Assembly (NCBI GenBank): GCA_963718575.1
Contig: OY970358.1
Location: 642,172 to 706,171 of the forward strand
Direction: 5' to 3'
Source: an uncultured bacterium
Lineage (GTDB): Bacteria; Patescibacteriota; Minisyncoccia; UBA6257; 2-01-FULL-56-20
Length of the DNA stretch: 64,000 bases
Below, piece by piece: positions 42,591-52,554 of the stretch (position 1 is the stretch's first letter; each line of letters starts with the position of its first letter). Below the pieces are notes generated by a model. That model worked only from the letters and a program-made list of their open reading frames with translations, did no database searches and was not told the DNA's origin. A program made the position numbers and the translations under genes.

Positions 42591-43460
42591 ATGGATAAGA
42601 ATAACGAAACAGGCGGGGCGAAGTTGAGCCTGCATTCGATTGGATCGCTTTTTAGCGATACGTGGAAACTCTACAAAGAGCGATTTTCCACGCTTGTGGA
42701 GATCGTTCTCCTGCCGGTGCTTGTGACCATGTTGGGATATATTCTGCTGGGTCTCGGATTTCCGTTTTCCGCAATCGGCGGCCTCGTTATTTTTGTTGGC
42801 GCGATCCTTTTCGTGTTCACCGTCCTGCCGGTTATCTTTTCCATCCATAATACGGCGGGCGTCGATGCATCGTACCGGTCGGCGATCCGATGGTTCTGGC
42901 CGTTCGTATGGATCGCCATTCTTGAGATCCTTGCGATGTTCGGTGGATTCGTCATGCTTGTCGTTCCGGGTATCTGGCTTATAGTTTCGTTCGCGTTCGT
43001 CGCGTATGTGCTTGTGATCGAACAGCGTCGTGGAATCGACGCCCTTCGGCAGAGCAAGGCATATATTAAAGGATACTGGTGGGCGATTACGGGGAGAGCG
43101 ATTTTGATCGCCATTTTGTATTGCGTAGGAGTGATGATCTTGGAAGTCCCCGCAGGACTCATTGCGGGAAGGATCGGAGCGGAGCTTGCATCCATGGCGG
43201 CGGTGTTATTCTTTGTCCCGTTCTCGGCCATCTATTATTACAATATCTTTATGAATCTTCGCGACCTCAAGCCGGAACTTGCCAGCGTGCAGACAAAAGA
43301 GGGGACCGGATTCATCAAAGCGAGCGCAATTGTGGGGATCGTGGCGCCGGTGCTTATCATTATTATCCTGATTATTTTTGTCGGGGTGGGATTGTTCAGC
43401 GCGAGGAGAAATGTCGGGTCGTATGGCTCATTGCCGGGATCTGGTGCGCAAAATTATTAA
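42591..43460 (+). CDS. Multi-pass membrane protein
   Basis: About six TM; PGIWL, DALRQS...KGYWW. Confidence 0.8.
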   Translation: MDKNNETGGAKLSLHSIGSLFSDTWKLYKERFSTLVEIVLLPVLVTMLGYILLGLGFPFSAIGGLVIFVGAILFVFTVLPVIFSIHNTAGVDASYRSAIRWFWPFVWIAILEILAMFGGFVMLVVPGIWLIVSFAFVAYVLVIEQRRGIDALRQSKAYIKGYWWAITGRAILIAILYCVGVMILEVPAGLIAGRIGAELASMAAVLFFVPFSAIYYYNIFMNLRDLKPELASVQTKEGTGFIKASAIVGIVAPVLIIIILIIFVGVGLFSARRNVGSYGSLPGSGAQNY

Positions 43461-43509
43461 AAAATAAAACGTCGAACGATATTTAAAAAATAAATAAAAT
43501 CAATATTTC

Positions 43510-44481
43510 ATGGTACAGGATCAGCTCGTTGAATATATAAACTCACAGATGAAGGCGGGCGTTTCCCGTGACGCCATCAAGACCACGCTCACCGGAGCGG
43601 GATGGACCACGGTGGATGTAGAGGACACGCTCAAAAAAATAGAGTCGGCAAAGACGGCCCAGCCGATGTCGGCGACAATGTCGTCATTTGCAAAGCCGGG
43701 AGAACCTGTTGTCGCTTCAAAGCCGATGACCATAAAGGTAAGCGACCTCGTCTCGACTCCCGCGTCGTCATCAGTGTCGGCGTCGACGCCGTCGATGGCA
43801 GGAAAGAGTCCGATGACCGGCTCCACGACAATGGCGGCAAAGCCGGCGGCGACCGGTTATCAAGCCTCGGCATCTCCGGCGGAAAAGACGCACGGATCGC
43901 GCGGCGGACTCGTCACGGATATTGTCCTTGTGGTTGTTATTCTTGCGGTGGGAGGGTTCGCGGGATTTTTGTATATGCAAAATGGCAGCCTGAACACACA
44001 GCTTAGCGCGTTGAACGGGCAGAGCTCGGGGGTGAACTCCCAGCTTTCCACCTTGCAGGCGCAGGTGGCGGCTTCCACCACGGCGCTTACGGCCCAGGTA
44101 TCGACGCTCACCACGGAAACACAGGAGTTGCAGGCCGAGCTTGCGTTCTACGTTGCGCCGGCCGGCACCACTCCCGGATCCACCAGCACCGTAACGATAG
44201 GCGGGATCGTTTCCGGCGGCGGGAAGACCCCGTACGTGATCACGGCAGAGTACGGAGCAAAGATCTATGTGACGGATTCCAAAGTCGCCGCCGTGATTTC
44301 GGCGCTTGCTCCGCTCATGGGAACTCCGGCGCAGGTTGCGAGCAGTACCGGCACCGGAACGAGCACTGCCGTTGTCGCTCCAACGCCGGCCACCGCTCCC
44401 ACGACGGCGCAGTTCACGGGAATCTATACTCCCGGATTGGACAGCATCACCCTCACCTCCGTCAACGGTACGGCGTTATAG
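43510..44481 (+). CDS. Single-TM protein with coiled-coil
   Basis: L.EYI.....G...AI...L..AGW N-domain, TM, heptads. Confidence 0.75.
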   Translation: MVQDQLVEYINSQMKAGVSRDAIKTTLTGAGWTTVDVEDTLKKIESAKTAQPMSATMSSFAKPGEPVVASKPMTIKVSDLVSTPASSSVSASTPSMAGKSPMTGSTTMAAKPAATGYQASASPAEKTHGSRGGLVTDIVLVVVILAVGGFAGFLYMQNGSLNTQLSALNGQSSGVNSQLSTLQAQVAASTTALTAQVSTLTTETQELQAELAFYVAPAGTTPGSTSTVTIGGIVSGGGKTPYVITAEYGAKIYVTDSKVAAVISALAPLMGTPAQVASSTGTGTSTAVVAPTPATAPTTAQFTGIYTPGLDSITLTSVNGTAL

Positions 44482-44547
44482 AAAAATTCCCTCCTTTTTT
44501 AACCTAGCGGGCAGATTCGACAGTCAAAAAAGGAGGGATTTTTATTT

Positions 44548-45108
44548 TTATTCCTGACCGTCAAACACTCCCAGATTCTTCAATGCCGCTTTGTAGATGT
44601 CTAATCCGCGTTCGGCGAGGTCACGCTTAAGTTTGAAGTTCGGCTCGTGCGCGATCTGGTTGCGCAACTTATGCGCCTGCCAGAGCTCGTTCAGGTTCGG
44701 GATCTGTTGGGCGGTCGCTTTCTTCAGCCGGTCGCCGAGCTGCGTGCCCATCACCCCCGCTTCGCGCAATACGTCGTTTAACAGCTTGTCCGCTTCAAGG
44801 ATCGCCACCTTGAGGTCGCTTTCACCGCCGCGATAGAAATGTTCCTGGATCTTTTTCCATGATTCCTGCGCATGCTTTTTTGCCGTGTCCGATTGCAGGA
44901 CGACATGCCGGAACTTATTGACGCGATAGGTGAACCACCCCATTTCGATGATAAAATAGATGACGCCGGCGAAAAAGACGAGCGCGATGACGAGGCCGAA
45001 AAACTCCAGCATGCCAAGATGGGAAAAATATCCGACGATGAAATTTTGGCTCGCCGCCTGTGCCTGCGACTGCAATGCCCGCGTGGTCGATGTTATTTGA
45101 TCACCCAT
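44548..45108 (-). CDS. Conserved hypothetical membrane protein
   Basis: TM; AILEADKLL, W.AHKLRNQIAHE. Confidence 0.75.
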   Translation of the reverse strand: MGDQITSTTRALQSQAQAASQNFIVGYFSHLGMLEFFGLVIALVFFAGVIYFIIEMGWFTYRVNKFRHVVLQSDTAKKHAQESWKKIQEHFYRGGESDLKVAILEADKLLNDVLREAGVMGTQLGDRLKKATAQQIPNLNELWQAHKLRNQIAHEPNFKLKRDLAERGLDIYKAALKNLGVFDGQE

Positions 45109-45123
45109 GGGTTCGATGGTTGG

Positions 45124-46587
45124 TTAGTTTAATCGTTCGTAATATTGGCCGATGCCGAGAATGTCCGCCTCGTGCCACTTCTTGCCGATCAGCTGGAAGC
45201 CTACGGGAAGCTCGCCTGCGGCAAGGGATGATGATGGCTTGGCGGGAACGGAAATCGCGGGGACTCCGGCGAGGCTTGCGGGGATGGTAAAGATGTCCGC
45301 GAGATACATCGAGAGTGGATCGTTCGTCTTTTCGCCGATCTTGAATGCGGGCGTCGGCGTCACCGGAGTGAGGATCACATCGACATCTTTGAATGCATTG
45401 TCGAAATCCTGCCGGATGAGCGTCCGGGTGCGCTGGGCTTTGTCGTAGTATGCGTCGTAATAACCGGACGAAAGCACGAACGTACCGAGGATGATGCGAC
45501 GCTTTGCTTCCGCGCCAAATCCGAGGCCGCGCTGCTTTAAGTATAGCTCGCTCAACTTTTCTCCTTCCGCTTTGGCGTTAGGGATGCGCGCGTAACGAAT
45601 GCCGTCGAAGCGTGCAAGGTTGGAGCTGACCTCCGCCGGCATCACGATGTAGTAGCACGAGAGCGCGTACTTCGTATGCGGCAGGGATATTTTTTTAAAG
45701 CTGAAGCCGAGACTCTTCAGTTTGTCGATCGCGTTCTGGACGCCATCGGACACCGCTTTATCCAAACCGTCGATAAAATATTCTTCCGGAAGGCCGATCG
45801 TGAGCTTTTTTATCTTTTCGAGCGGCGCGAGGTCGGTGATATTCGAAAAATCCGCGCCGTTGGCACTTGTCGCGTCGAGCGGATCGCTTCCGGCGATGGC
45901 TTTGAAAAGTATCGCTGCGTCCTCAACGGTCTTTCCAAACGGACTGATCTGGTCAAGGCTCGAAGCCATTGCGCTGAGGCCGGAGCGCGAGACCGCGCCA
46001 TAGGTCGGCTTGAATCCGACGATGCCGCACATTCCTGCCGGCTGGCGGACGGAGCCGCCGGTGTCGGAGCCGAGCGCCGCCATCGCAAACTGTGCGGCGA
46101 CCGCAGCCGCGGATCCGCCGGACGAGCCGCCCGGCACGCGCGAGCGATCGTGCGGATTGTGCGTCACGTGGAACGCGGAATTTTCCGTGGAGGATCCCAT
46201 CGCGAACTCGTCCATATTCGTCTTGCCGAGGAAGACGGCGCGCTCGCCGCGCAACTTTTGGATGACGGTCGCGTCATAGCTCGCAACATAAGTTTCCAAA
46301 ATTTTCGATCCGCAGGTGGCGGGAAGGTCTTTGATGAGGACGCAGTCCTTGATGGCGAGCGGGACGCCGGCGAGCGCGCCGAGCTCTTCGCCATCGGCCA
46401 GCGCCACATCGACGGCGCTCGCATCGCGCGTGGCGGACTCCTCGGCGAAACTTAAATACGCCCCGATCTCTTTATCATGCTCTTTGATCCGGCGGAAATA
46501 TGCCTGCGTGACCTCGAGTGCGGAAAACTCCTTATTGAGCAATCCGTCATGGAATTTTTTTATCGTGAGTTCGTGAAGCGGTTCCAT
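45124..46587 (-). CDS. gatA: Asp/Glu-tRNA amidotransferase subunit A
   Basis: GKTNMDEFAMGSS, PGGSSGGSAAAV, SDTGGS, SNLARFDG. Confidence 0.98.
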   Translation of the reverse strand: MEPLHELTIKKFHDGLLNKEFSALEVTQAYFRRIKEHDKEIGAYLSFAEESATRDASAVDVALADGEELGALAGVPLAIKDCVLIKDLPATCGSKILETYVASYDATVIQKLRGERAVFLGKTNMDEFAMGSSTENSAFHVTHNPHDRSRVPGGSSGGSAAAVAAQFAMAALGSDTGGSVRQPAGMCGIVGFKPTYGAVSRSGLSAMASSLDQISPFGKTVEDAAILFKAIAGSDPLDATSANGADFSNITDLAPLEKIKKLTIGLPEEYFIDGLDKAVSDGVQNAIDKLKSLGFSFKKISLPHTKYALSCYYIVMPAEVSSNLARFDGIRYARIPNAKAEGEKLSELYLKQRGLGFGAEAKRRIILGTFVLSSGYYDAYYDKAQRTRTLIRQDFDNAFKDVDVILTPVTPTPAFKIGEKTNDPLSMYLADIFTIPASLAGVPAISVPAKPSSSLAAGELPVGFQLIGKKWHEADILGIGQYYERLN

Positions 46588-46625
46588 TTTTTTTGAAGAA
46601 AGTTTTGCGAAAGTATTTGCGCGCG

Positions 46626-46967
46626 TTATTCAAAAACCGGCGGCACCTTGTTGTAGCCGTCTTTCGATTCCGGGAACGCGTCAACGCCCGCGCCCTGGTT
46701 CGTGTTCTCGTGGCCGCCTTCCTCTATGGTGTCGGGGCGGAGGACGTTCGTAAGGTCGGTGCCGCCGGTCATCGGAGCAACGTTCGAGGTGTCGAGCGCT
46801 TGGAGTTCTTTAAAGTGATCGAGGATCGCGCCGAGGTCGGCTATCAATTTGTCGGCTTCTTTCGGATCGATCTCGATACGCGAAAGATGAGCCAGATGTT
46901 CCAGCTCTTTCCTGCTGATGCTGCCAGTGGCACTTGGGGTTGCGTCGGATGACGAAGATGAAGACAT
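46626..46967 (-). CDS. gatC: Asp/Glu-tRNA amidotransferase subunit C
   Basis: HLAHLSRIE...IL..F..LQ.LDT..V.P...NVLR.D...KVP; adjacent to gatA. Confidence 0.93.
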   Translation of the reverse strand: MSSSSSSDATPSATGSISRKELEHLAHLSRIEIDPKEADKLIADLGAILDHFKELQALDTSNVAPMTGGTDLTNVLRPDTIEEGGHENTNQGAGVDAFPESKDGYNKVPPVFE

Positions 46968-47003
46968 TATCCTTATCTTAGCCGATAGTGTTGGCTTTTT
47001 CAA

Positions 47004-48341
47004 TTATTCCTTAAGCGCTTTGACCGCTGCTTTAAACTGCTTCCCGCGGTCGGTGTAGTTCTTGAACATGCCGAACGATGCACAGCCGGGGGAAATAATC
47101 ACGACGTCGCCAGGAGCGGCGGTCTTGTGCGCGGCGGCAATGATCGCCTTCATGGTGGTACGCCCCTCTATTATTTGGATGCGTGGATTATGAATATGCT
47201 CTTTGATGCGGGGCCATTCCACGCCGATGCCGATGATCGCCTTTATGCTCTTTGACCGCGAGATCGCCCGGCCTAATTTTGAAAAGTCGGCATTTTTATG
47301 TGAGCCGCCGAGGATCAAAATCTTTGGCGCGGCAAACGCCTGCATCGCCACTGCCGCCGCATCCGGCGTGGTGGAGTACGAATCGTTGTAATAGCTGACA
47401 CCTTTTATTTTTGCAACGAACTCAATGCGATGCTCAAGGCCGTGGAAGGTTGCGATGGCTTTCTTGATGTCCGCCTTGGCAATGCCTGCAAGCTTTGCAG
47501 CAGTGATCGCCGCGCTCGCATTTTCCCAGTTATGTTCGCCCGGAATGTGGAGCTCGCTTACGGAACAGATCTTTTGTTTGTGCACGCCGTCGGAAAACCA
47601 AAACGCGTCGTCCTGCGCCCACGTTCCCTTTTTGACGGGATGATGGCGGGAAAACGTAAATATCTTTCCGCGCGTTTTTCGCGCATAGGATCGCGTGCGT
47701 GGATAATCCTCTGCGATCACCGCATAATCGGCGGGGGATTGGAATCGCACAATGTTCGACTTTGCCGCGACATATTCCTTAACGTCCGCGTGCCAATCAA
47801 GATGTTCTTCGGTCACCATAAGCGCCACGCCGATGTACGGGCTTTTTTCGAGGTCGATCAGCTGAAAGCTGGAAAGCTCCAGCACCACCCACGATTTTTT
47901 TTCGAGCTTGGGAAGGATATCGAGCGGCGGCACGCCGATGTTGCCGGCGAGGAATGCTTTCCGCCCGCCCGCCTTGAGCATCCGGTAGATCAGCGTGGAC
48001 GTGGTTCCTTTACCTTTTGTGCCGGTAACACCGATGATCCGCGCCGGACATCGGTCGAAGAATAATTTTGTTGCGCTCGAAATGATCGCGCCTTGTTGCC
48101 GCGCATGCTGGATCTCCGGCGCGTAATAGCGCACGCCGGGGGTGCGGAAGATAAGGTCAAAGCCATTGAGGTCGCTCATATAATCCTTGCCCAGTTTTGC
48201 GTGAACGCCTTTGGGGACTCTGATATCTTCTTTTTTATCCAGCACCCAGATCTCCGCGCCGCGAAACGCTGGGTCGCGCAAAATAAACTGCAACGTCGAT
48301 TGTCCTTCCCGCTCGAATCCGAGCACCGCGATTTTCATCAT
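47004..48341 (-). CDS. murD: UDP-N-acetylmuramoyl-L-alanine--D-glutamate ligase
   Basis: GVTGTKGKGTT, GNIG, ELSSFQL, HLDWH, EHRIE, NDS, SPGCASF. Confidence 0.96.
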   Translation of the reverse strand: MMKIAVLGFEREGQSTLQFILRDPAFRGAEIWVLDKKEDIRVPKGVHAKLGKDYMSDLNGFDLIFRTPGVRYYAPEIQHARQQGAIISSATKLFFDRCPARIIGVTGTKGKGTTSTLIYRMLKAGGRKAFLAGNIGVPPLDILPKLEKKSWVVLELSSFQLIDLEKSPYIGVALMVTEEHLDWHADVKEYVAAKSNIVRFQSPADYAVIAEDYPRTRSYARKTRGKIFTFSRHHPVKKGTWAQDDAFWFSDGVHKQKICSVSELHIPGEHNWENASAAITAAKLAGIAKADIKKAIATFHGLEHRIEFVAKIKGVSYYNDSYSTTPDAAAVAMQAFAAPKILILGGSHKNADFSKLGRAISRSKSIKAIIGIGVEWPRIKEHIHNPRIQIIEGRTTMKAIIAAAHKTAAPGDVVIISPGCASFGMFKNYTDRGKQFKAAVKALKE

Positions 48342-48836
48342 CTGATAATCGCACCAATCGATTTTTTTGACAACTTCTTTGACAATCACGTTCGAAAATT
48401 CATATAATGCACAGGTTGGTTACGGTGCGTTCATCGTTTGTGGCGCATACGCAATTTCATAGCGCGGGAGGGTTGGGAAAGGTTTTCCGGGAAGCCCCAT
48501 AAGCTTCCGAAGCAAGTCCGAGTCTTGCCCCCGCAACAGCCAAGGCGAAGTCGATTCAAGACCGACTTACTCTATATTTTTTGAAACTCGCAACCGGAAA
48601 AACCGGTCCGAGTCCTTTCGTCGTCGAATGAAAGCCTGGTGACGATATAAGGATTTTCAAAACGCTCGAAAGATTTCACCCTCTTTATTCTAAAACGAAA
48701 GAGGCGCGGGATTTCAAGAAGCAGGTTGATGATGCAAAGAAAAAATTCCTCGGTGGGCCGCTTTAAAATTGACATAACTATTCCTCTTTGATATAAAGCA
48801 AAGCGGCATAACCCACGCAGTGGGAGGAGGGAATTT

Positions 48837-49289
48837 GTGAGGTTATTAGCTGATATCCAAAAGAAGATGGCCGAAGTGCCCGCCAAATATCTCATTACCG
48901 ATGGAGAGATACGGCCGGGAGAGCGGGTCATCGGGAAACTGCCCGAAGACTTATTGCAGCTCTACGGTCTCCATTGCCAGATCGTCGACCAGTTGGAGCA
49001 TTTACAGAACGCTCATGCATTGGTGCATCTCAAAGGAAAAAACTCCAAAAGCACCTGCCTCGATTTTCATAACCAGTACGAATGGGAAGCGCGGCAGCAT
49101 GACGCATTGATTCATTTTTTCTGGACGGCGGTGCGTCATGAGTTTTGCCTCCCGAATGGTCGCATCGGCATCCGTGCTCACGGGCAGGTGGTCACGTGGA
49201 TAGATGATCCGGCACGGATTGTCGCTTCTACGGAACCTGCCATAAAACCGCAACGGAGCTGCGGAGGAATGAGAATGCGCGGGCAGTAG
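48837..49289 (+). CDS. Hypothetical protein
   Basis: GGAGGAGG SD, upstream TTGACA, 150-aa ORF. Confidence 0.6.
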   Translation: MRLLADIQKKMAEVPAKYLITDGEIRPGERVIGKLPEDLLQLYGLHCQIVDQLEHLQNAHALVHLKGKNSKSTCLDFHNQYEWEARQHDALIHFFWTAVRHEFCLPNGRIGIRAHGQVVTWIDDPARIVASTEPAIKPQRSCGGMRMRGQ

Positions 49290-49328
49290 AGTTAACAAAG
49301 TTTCTAGTAGCGGGCATAATCATATCGA

Positions 49329-50072
49329 TCATGCCCGTTTTTCTTTGTCATAATTATTAATATGTATAGAGAAACGGCCCAATGCCTTGAGAGCGTTCAC
49401 AGCCGTGAAGTGGCGGTAGCCGTTCTTCTTTTCAGCCCGGGCTAGGGTTGCCAAACTCGCGATGAGTGTTTTGCCGTTCTCCGCGCGGTGCATCCCGAGC
49501 TTGCGGTTGACCTTCTCTGCGCCCTCACTCTGGATCATCGTTGCGACAATCCGCATGAGGAGATTGAAGATTCTTGCGCGCGCGGCATGCTTCTGCGCTT
49601 CGTCGTCCACGCCCTCGGCCTGGATGGCCAAGTAGTACAGCGTGATGAGCGATGCCGGATCATCGAGGATGACTTTCGCTGCTGCCTCGATCTGCTTCTG
49701 GCAGAGCTGAATCGCGGGATCCGCAAGGCGCCGCGCGAGGGTGTCGTCCTCGTCGAAGCCGTTCTCATCCTCTCCGAAGGCCATCATGCCCGCGAACTCG
49801 TCGAAGGACATCGGGGTGTGGTAGAACGGATCGTTCCCGTTTACGAACTCCCGCTCGAACTCAGTATCCTCAGTATCGGGGATGAAGAGTCCCTGACGTC
49901 CCGTCTGGCCGCCGGTGATGAAGCATCCGCCCTGGCTCGCGAGGCTAACCTTGGTCCTGTACGGTTTCAGGAAGGGCGACCCTCCCGACATTCTGGTACT
50001 GCGGCGCTCCGAAGAGCTCTTGCGGGGGATTGTGTTCCCCTGCACGACAGACATCAATTGAACGTGTGACAT
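49329..50072 (-). CDS. Hypothetical protein
   Basis: GGGAGG SD, coding-like GC3 bias. Confidence 0.65.
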   Translation of the reverse strand: MSHVQLMSVVQGNTIPRKSSSERRSTRMSGGSPFLKPYRTKVSLASQGGCFITGGQTGRQGLFIPDTEDTEFEREFVNGNDPFYHTPMSFDEFAGMMAFGEDENGFDEDDTLARRLADPAIQLCQKQIEAAAKVILDDPASLITLYYLAIQAEGVDDEAQKHAARARIFNLLMRIVATMIQSEGAEKVNRKLGMHRAENGKTLIASLATLARAEKKNGYRHFTAVNALKALGRFSIHINNYDKEKRA

Positions 50073-50368
50073 GATTGCCCTCCCAGGCTTGAAATTCTCG
50101 TTTCCCTGTATAACCAGTAATTAAAATGACTAGGGATATTATACCATCTATATATCTATTTTGTCAAGCCCGCCGCGGATGCTGTAAAACCTAGCAAACC
50201 AGCAAACCGAACACGTCCCAAATGCCCCCAAAGAGTCCGGTTTGTTCGTTTTATACCTAAGACCGAGACACCTCAATTGAGAGGGGAAGGAGGTTTTCAA
50301 GAACCTTTGTAAAGGATGGGGAATAAAAAAACAGGGCATCGCGCGAACGCGATGCCCTGAAAGGGTGC

Positions 50369-50764
50369 CTAAGGGATGGATACGGAGTCGACGACCGAGA
50401 ACAACGCCGAGCGGGCGGTGGTGGGTTTGTCTTTATTGTTCCAGTTCTGAACCGTGATTGGCATGGATGGGTCGCCAAGCCAGATGGCGCGGTCGGTTGC
50501 GACGTTTTGGTCCTGAAATCCATAGCGTTCAGCAAATATTTGGACCCATTCTTGTGCCTGCTTGAGATCGCCCAGAGGTGATGTCATCTCAACCTCAAGC
50601 TCGATCGTTGGAGTCTCATCAGATGGTGGTCGAGAGTCGGAGACGCCTCGTGCTTGGAGAATCGCCACACAGAATGAGTTGGTCTTTTCGCTCTGGATGA
50701 GACAGAGTATGTCGCAGGGTCCGGATGCAAGTCGTTCGGCATCGGCATCGAGTGGAGTCAGCAT
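50369..50764 (-). CDS. Hypothetical protein
   Basis: AGGAGG SD before ATG. Confidence 0.6.
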   Translation of the reverse strand: MLTPLDADAERLASGPCDILCLIQSEKTNSFCVAILQARGVSDSRPPSDETPTIELEVEMTSPLGDLKQAQEWVQIFAERYGFQDQNVATDRAIWLGDPSMPITVQNWNNKDKPTTARSALFSVVDSVSIP

Positions 50765-50854
50765 GGAATTTCCTCCTAACTGTTTTTGTTATAGCACGGA
50801 TAAAATTAAGTGTCCATAATTTTGTAATCCTTTCAGATCTGCGACGGCTTCCTT

Positions 50855-51301
50855 ATGTCGCTCCCTATGAAATTCTTCATCGCATCGCCATGGCAGAACG
50901 TTGACCTCGTGAAGGGGTTGTCGGTCGCATTGACCACCCGGGGGCATGAGACATATTCATTCCTCGATAATGGAGCCAATGCCGTCGGCGGCGCGCCTTC
51001 CGTTGAGGAGTTCGAGGAAAATTTTCTGAACTCCGTATTGAACTGGGGGAATAATCCTGCGATCAAAGAAATCTTTGAATTTGATATGAAAGCGTTGAAG
51101 GAGTGCGATGTGGTTGTGCTTCTCGAGCCATCCGGACGTTCTTCTTTGGCGGAAGCGGGCATTGCGTATGGAATGGGAAAGAAGATCGTGCTCGTCGGCG
51201 CCGTCGCGCATCCGACGATCATCGTCTATAGCATTTGTCAGGATCGCTATGCCGGCGTCGATGAATTTCTGGCGAGCCTTGGCGCTATGCCGACACAATG
51301 A
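50855..51301 (+). CDS. Nucleoside 2-deoxyribosyltransferase-like protein
   Basis: FFIASPW; D..AL.ECDVVV...SG....EAG.AYG.GK. Confidence 0.78.
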   Translation: MSLPMKFFIASPWQNVDLVKGLSVALTTRGHETYSFLDNGANAVGGAPSVEEFEENFLNSVLNWGNNPAIKEIFEFDMKALKECDVVVLLEPSGRSSLAEAGIAYGMGKKIVLVGAVAHPTIIVYSICQDRYAGVDEFLASLGAMPTQ

Positions 51302-51322
51302 GCAATCGGGTATAATAAGGCT

Positions 51323-52393
51323 ATGCTTAAAAAGATAATTTTCATTCAGGTTCGTGCGGCATTTTTTGCGGTCTTCTTATTGTCTTTGGCGGCGGCGGCC
51401 GGCGGCATTGCCATCGCATCCGCCCAAACGACGGGTGTCGTGTCGCTCCCGATCGCGATCCGGCCGTGGCCATGCTATCCGTTCGGCCATTTTCTTTCGG
51501 TCGGCGCGACCGGCAGCGATGTTACGGCACTTCAGAATTATCTTGCGGCGCAGGGAGATTTTACCGTGTCATCGACGGGATATTTTGGCGTGTTGACGAG
51601 GGCTGCGGTGAGCGAGTGGCAGGCGCAAAATAACGTTGCCGCGTTGGGCAGCGCGGGGAGTGGTATTTTTGGCCCTCTGTCCCGCGCGGCATTTATCCGT
51701 TCGTGCGGAATTGGCGGTGGTGGCGGCGGAACAGGCGGCAGTAGCAGTACGCAAGGTCTTTCGGCAAGCCCGCAATCGGGTATCGCGCCGCTTACCGTGC
51801 AATTCACTGCGACAGCACCGCAAGGCGACGTGTTCGGCTCAACGGTCAATTTTGGCGATGGCACGACGGGGACGCTCATGTTTGCGCCCGTCTGTTCAAG
51901 CTGCAATGTGCTTGCGGTCGTCTCGCATACCTACGCCGTGCCGGGCACATACACTGCGACGTGGGGAAACGGCCTCTGCGCCTGTCCGGAGAATGGTATG
52001 TGCAATTGCCCTAACATGGCGATCCTCGGCACTGCAACGGTGATGGTCGACGCGACAAACACCACGCCCACCTCCACCTCCGGTATTCAGCAATTGGACG
52101 CGCCCGGAAGCGTGACGCTTTCGCCGGGTGGCATCGCGGAGATCCGCAATGAAAGTACGTATTTTACCCTCCAAAGCGTTACCGAATCATCCGTAACGAT
52201 CCAGATCTCGCCGGTCGGATGCTGGAACTCGTTCCCTTCGGATCCGCCGCCAAGAGTTGTTTGTATGCTGGCGATGATGCCGATCCCGCCGCAGACATTT
52301 ACCGTGGGCCAAACTTACGCTACGGCGAATTATTTTATTACCCTCACTCAGCTTGATAACGGCGTGGCAATGTTTTTGGTAGGCGTGAATTAG
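51323..52393 (+). CDS. Secreted protein with PG-binding and PKD-like domains
   Basis: LSVGATGSDVTALQ; SG.APLTV.F, FGDG, HTY..PGTY. Confidence 0.82.
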   Translation: MLKKIIFIQVRAAFFAVFLLSLAAAAGGIAIASAQTTGVVSLPIAIRPWPCYPFGHFLSVGATGSDVTALQNYLAAQGDFTVSSTGYFGVLTRAAVSEWQAQNNVAALGSAGSGIFGPLSRAAFIRSCGIGGGGGGTGGSSSTQGLSASPQSGIAPLTVQFTATAPQGDVFGSTVNFGDGTTGTLMFAPVCSSCNVLAVVSHTYAVPGTYTATWGNGLCACPENGMCNCPNMAILGTATVMVDATNTTPTSTSGIQQLDAPGSVTLSPGGIAEIRNESTYFTLQSVTESSVTIQISPVGCWNSFPSDPPPRVVCMLAMMPIPPQTFTVGQTYATANYFITLTQLDNGVAMFLVGVN

Positions 52394-52482
52394 AACGCTC
52401 ACTTCATTTGCCTCCTGCTGTTGGCTATAATATAGTTATTCTGCTTTTGCGCATTCCCGCCGGAGCGGGCCATGAAGCAGAT

Positions 52483-52554
52483 GCCGACGTAGCTCAGTGG
52501 TAGAGCAGGGCTTTCATAAGGCCAAGGTCGCAGGTTCGATCCCTGCCGTCGGCA
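52483..52554 (+). tRNA. tRNA with CAT anticodon (elongator Met or Ile2; not initiator)
   Basis: GCCGACG/CGTCGGC acceptor with paired 1-72, loop TT-CAT-AA. Confidence 0.9.
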
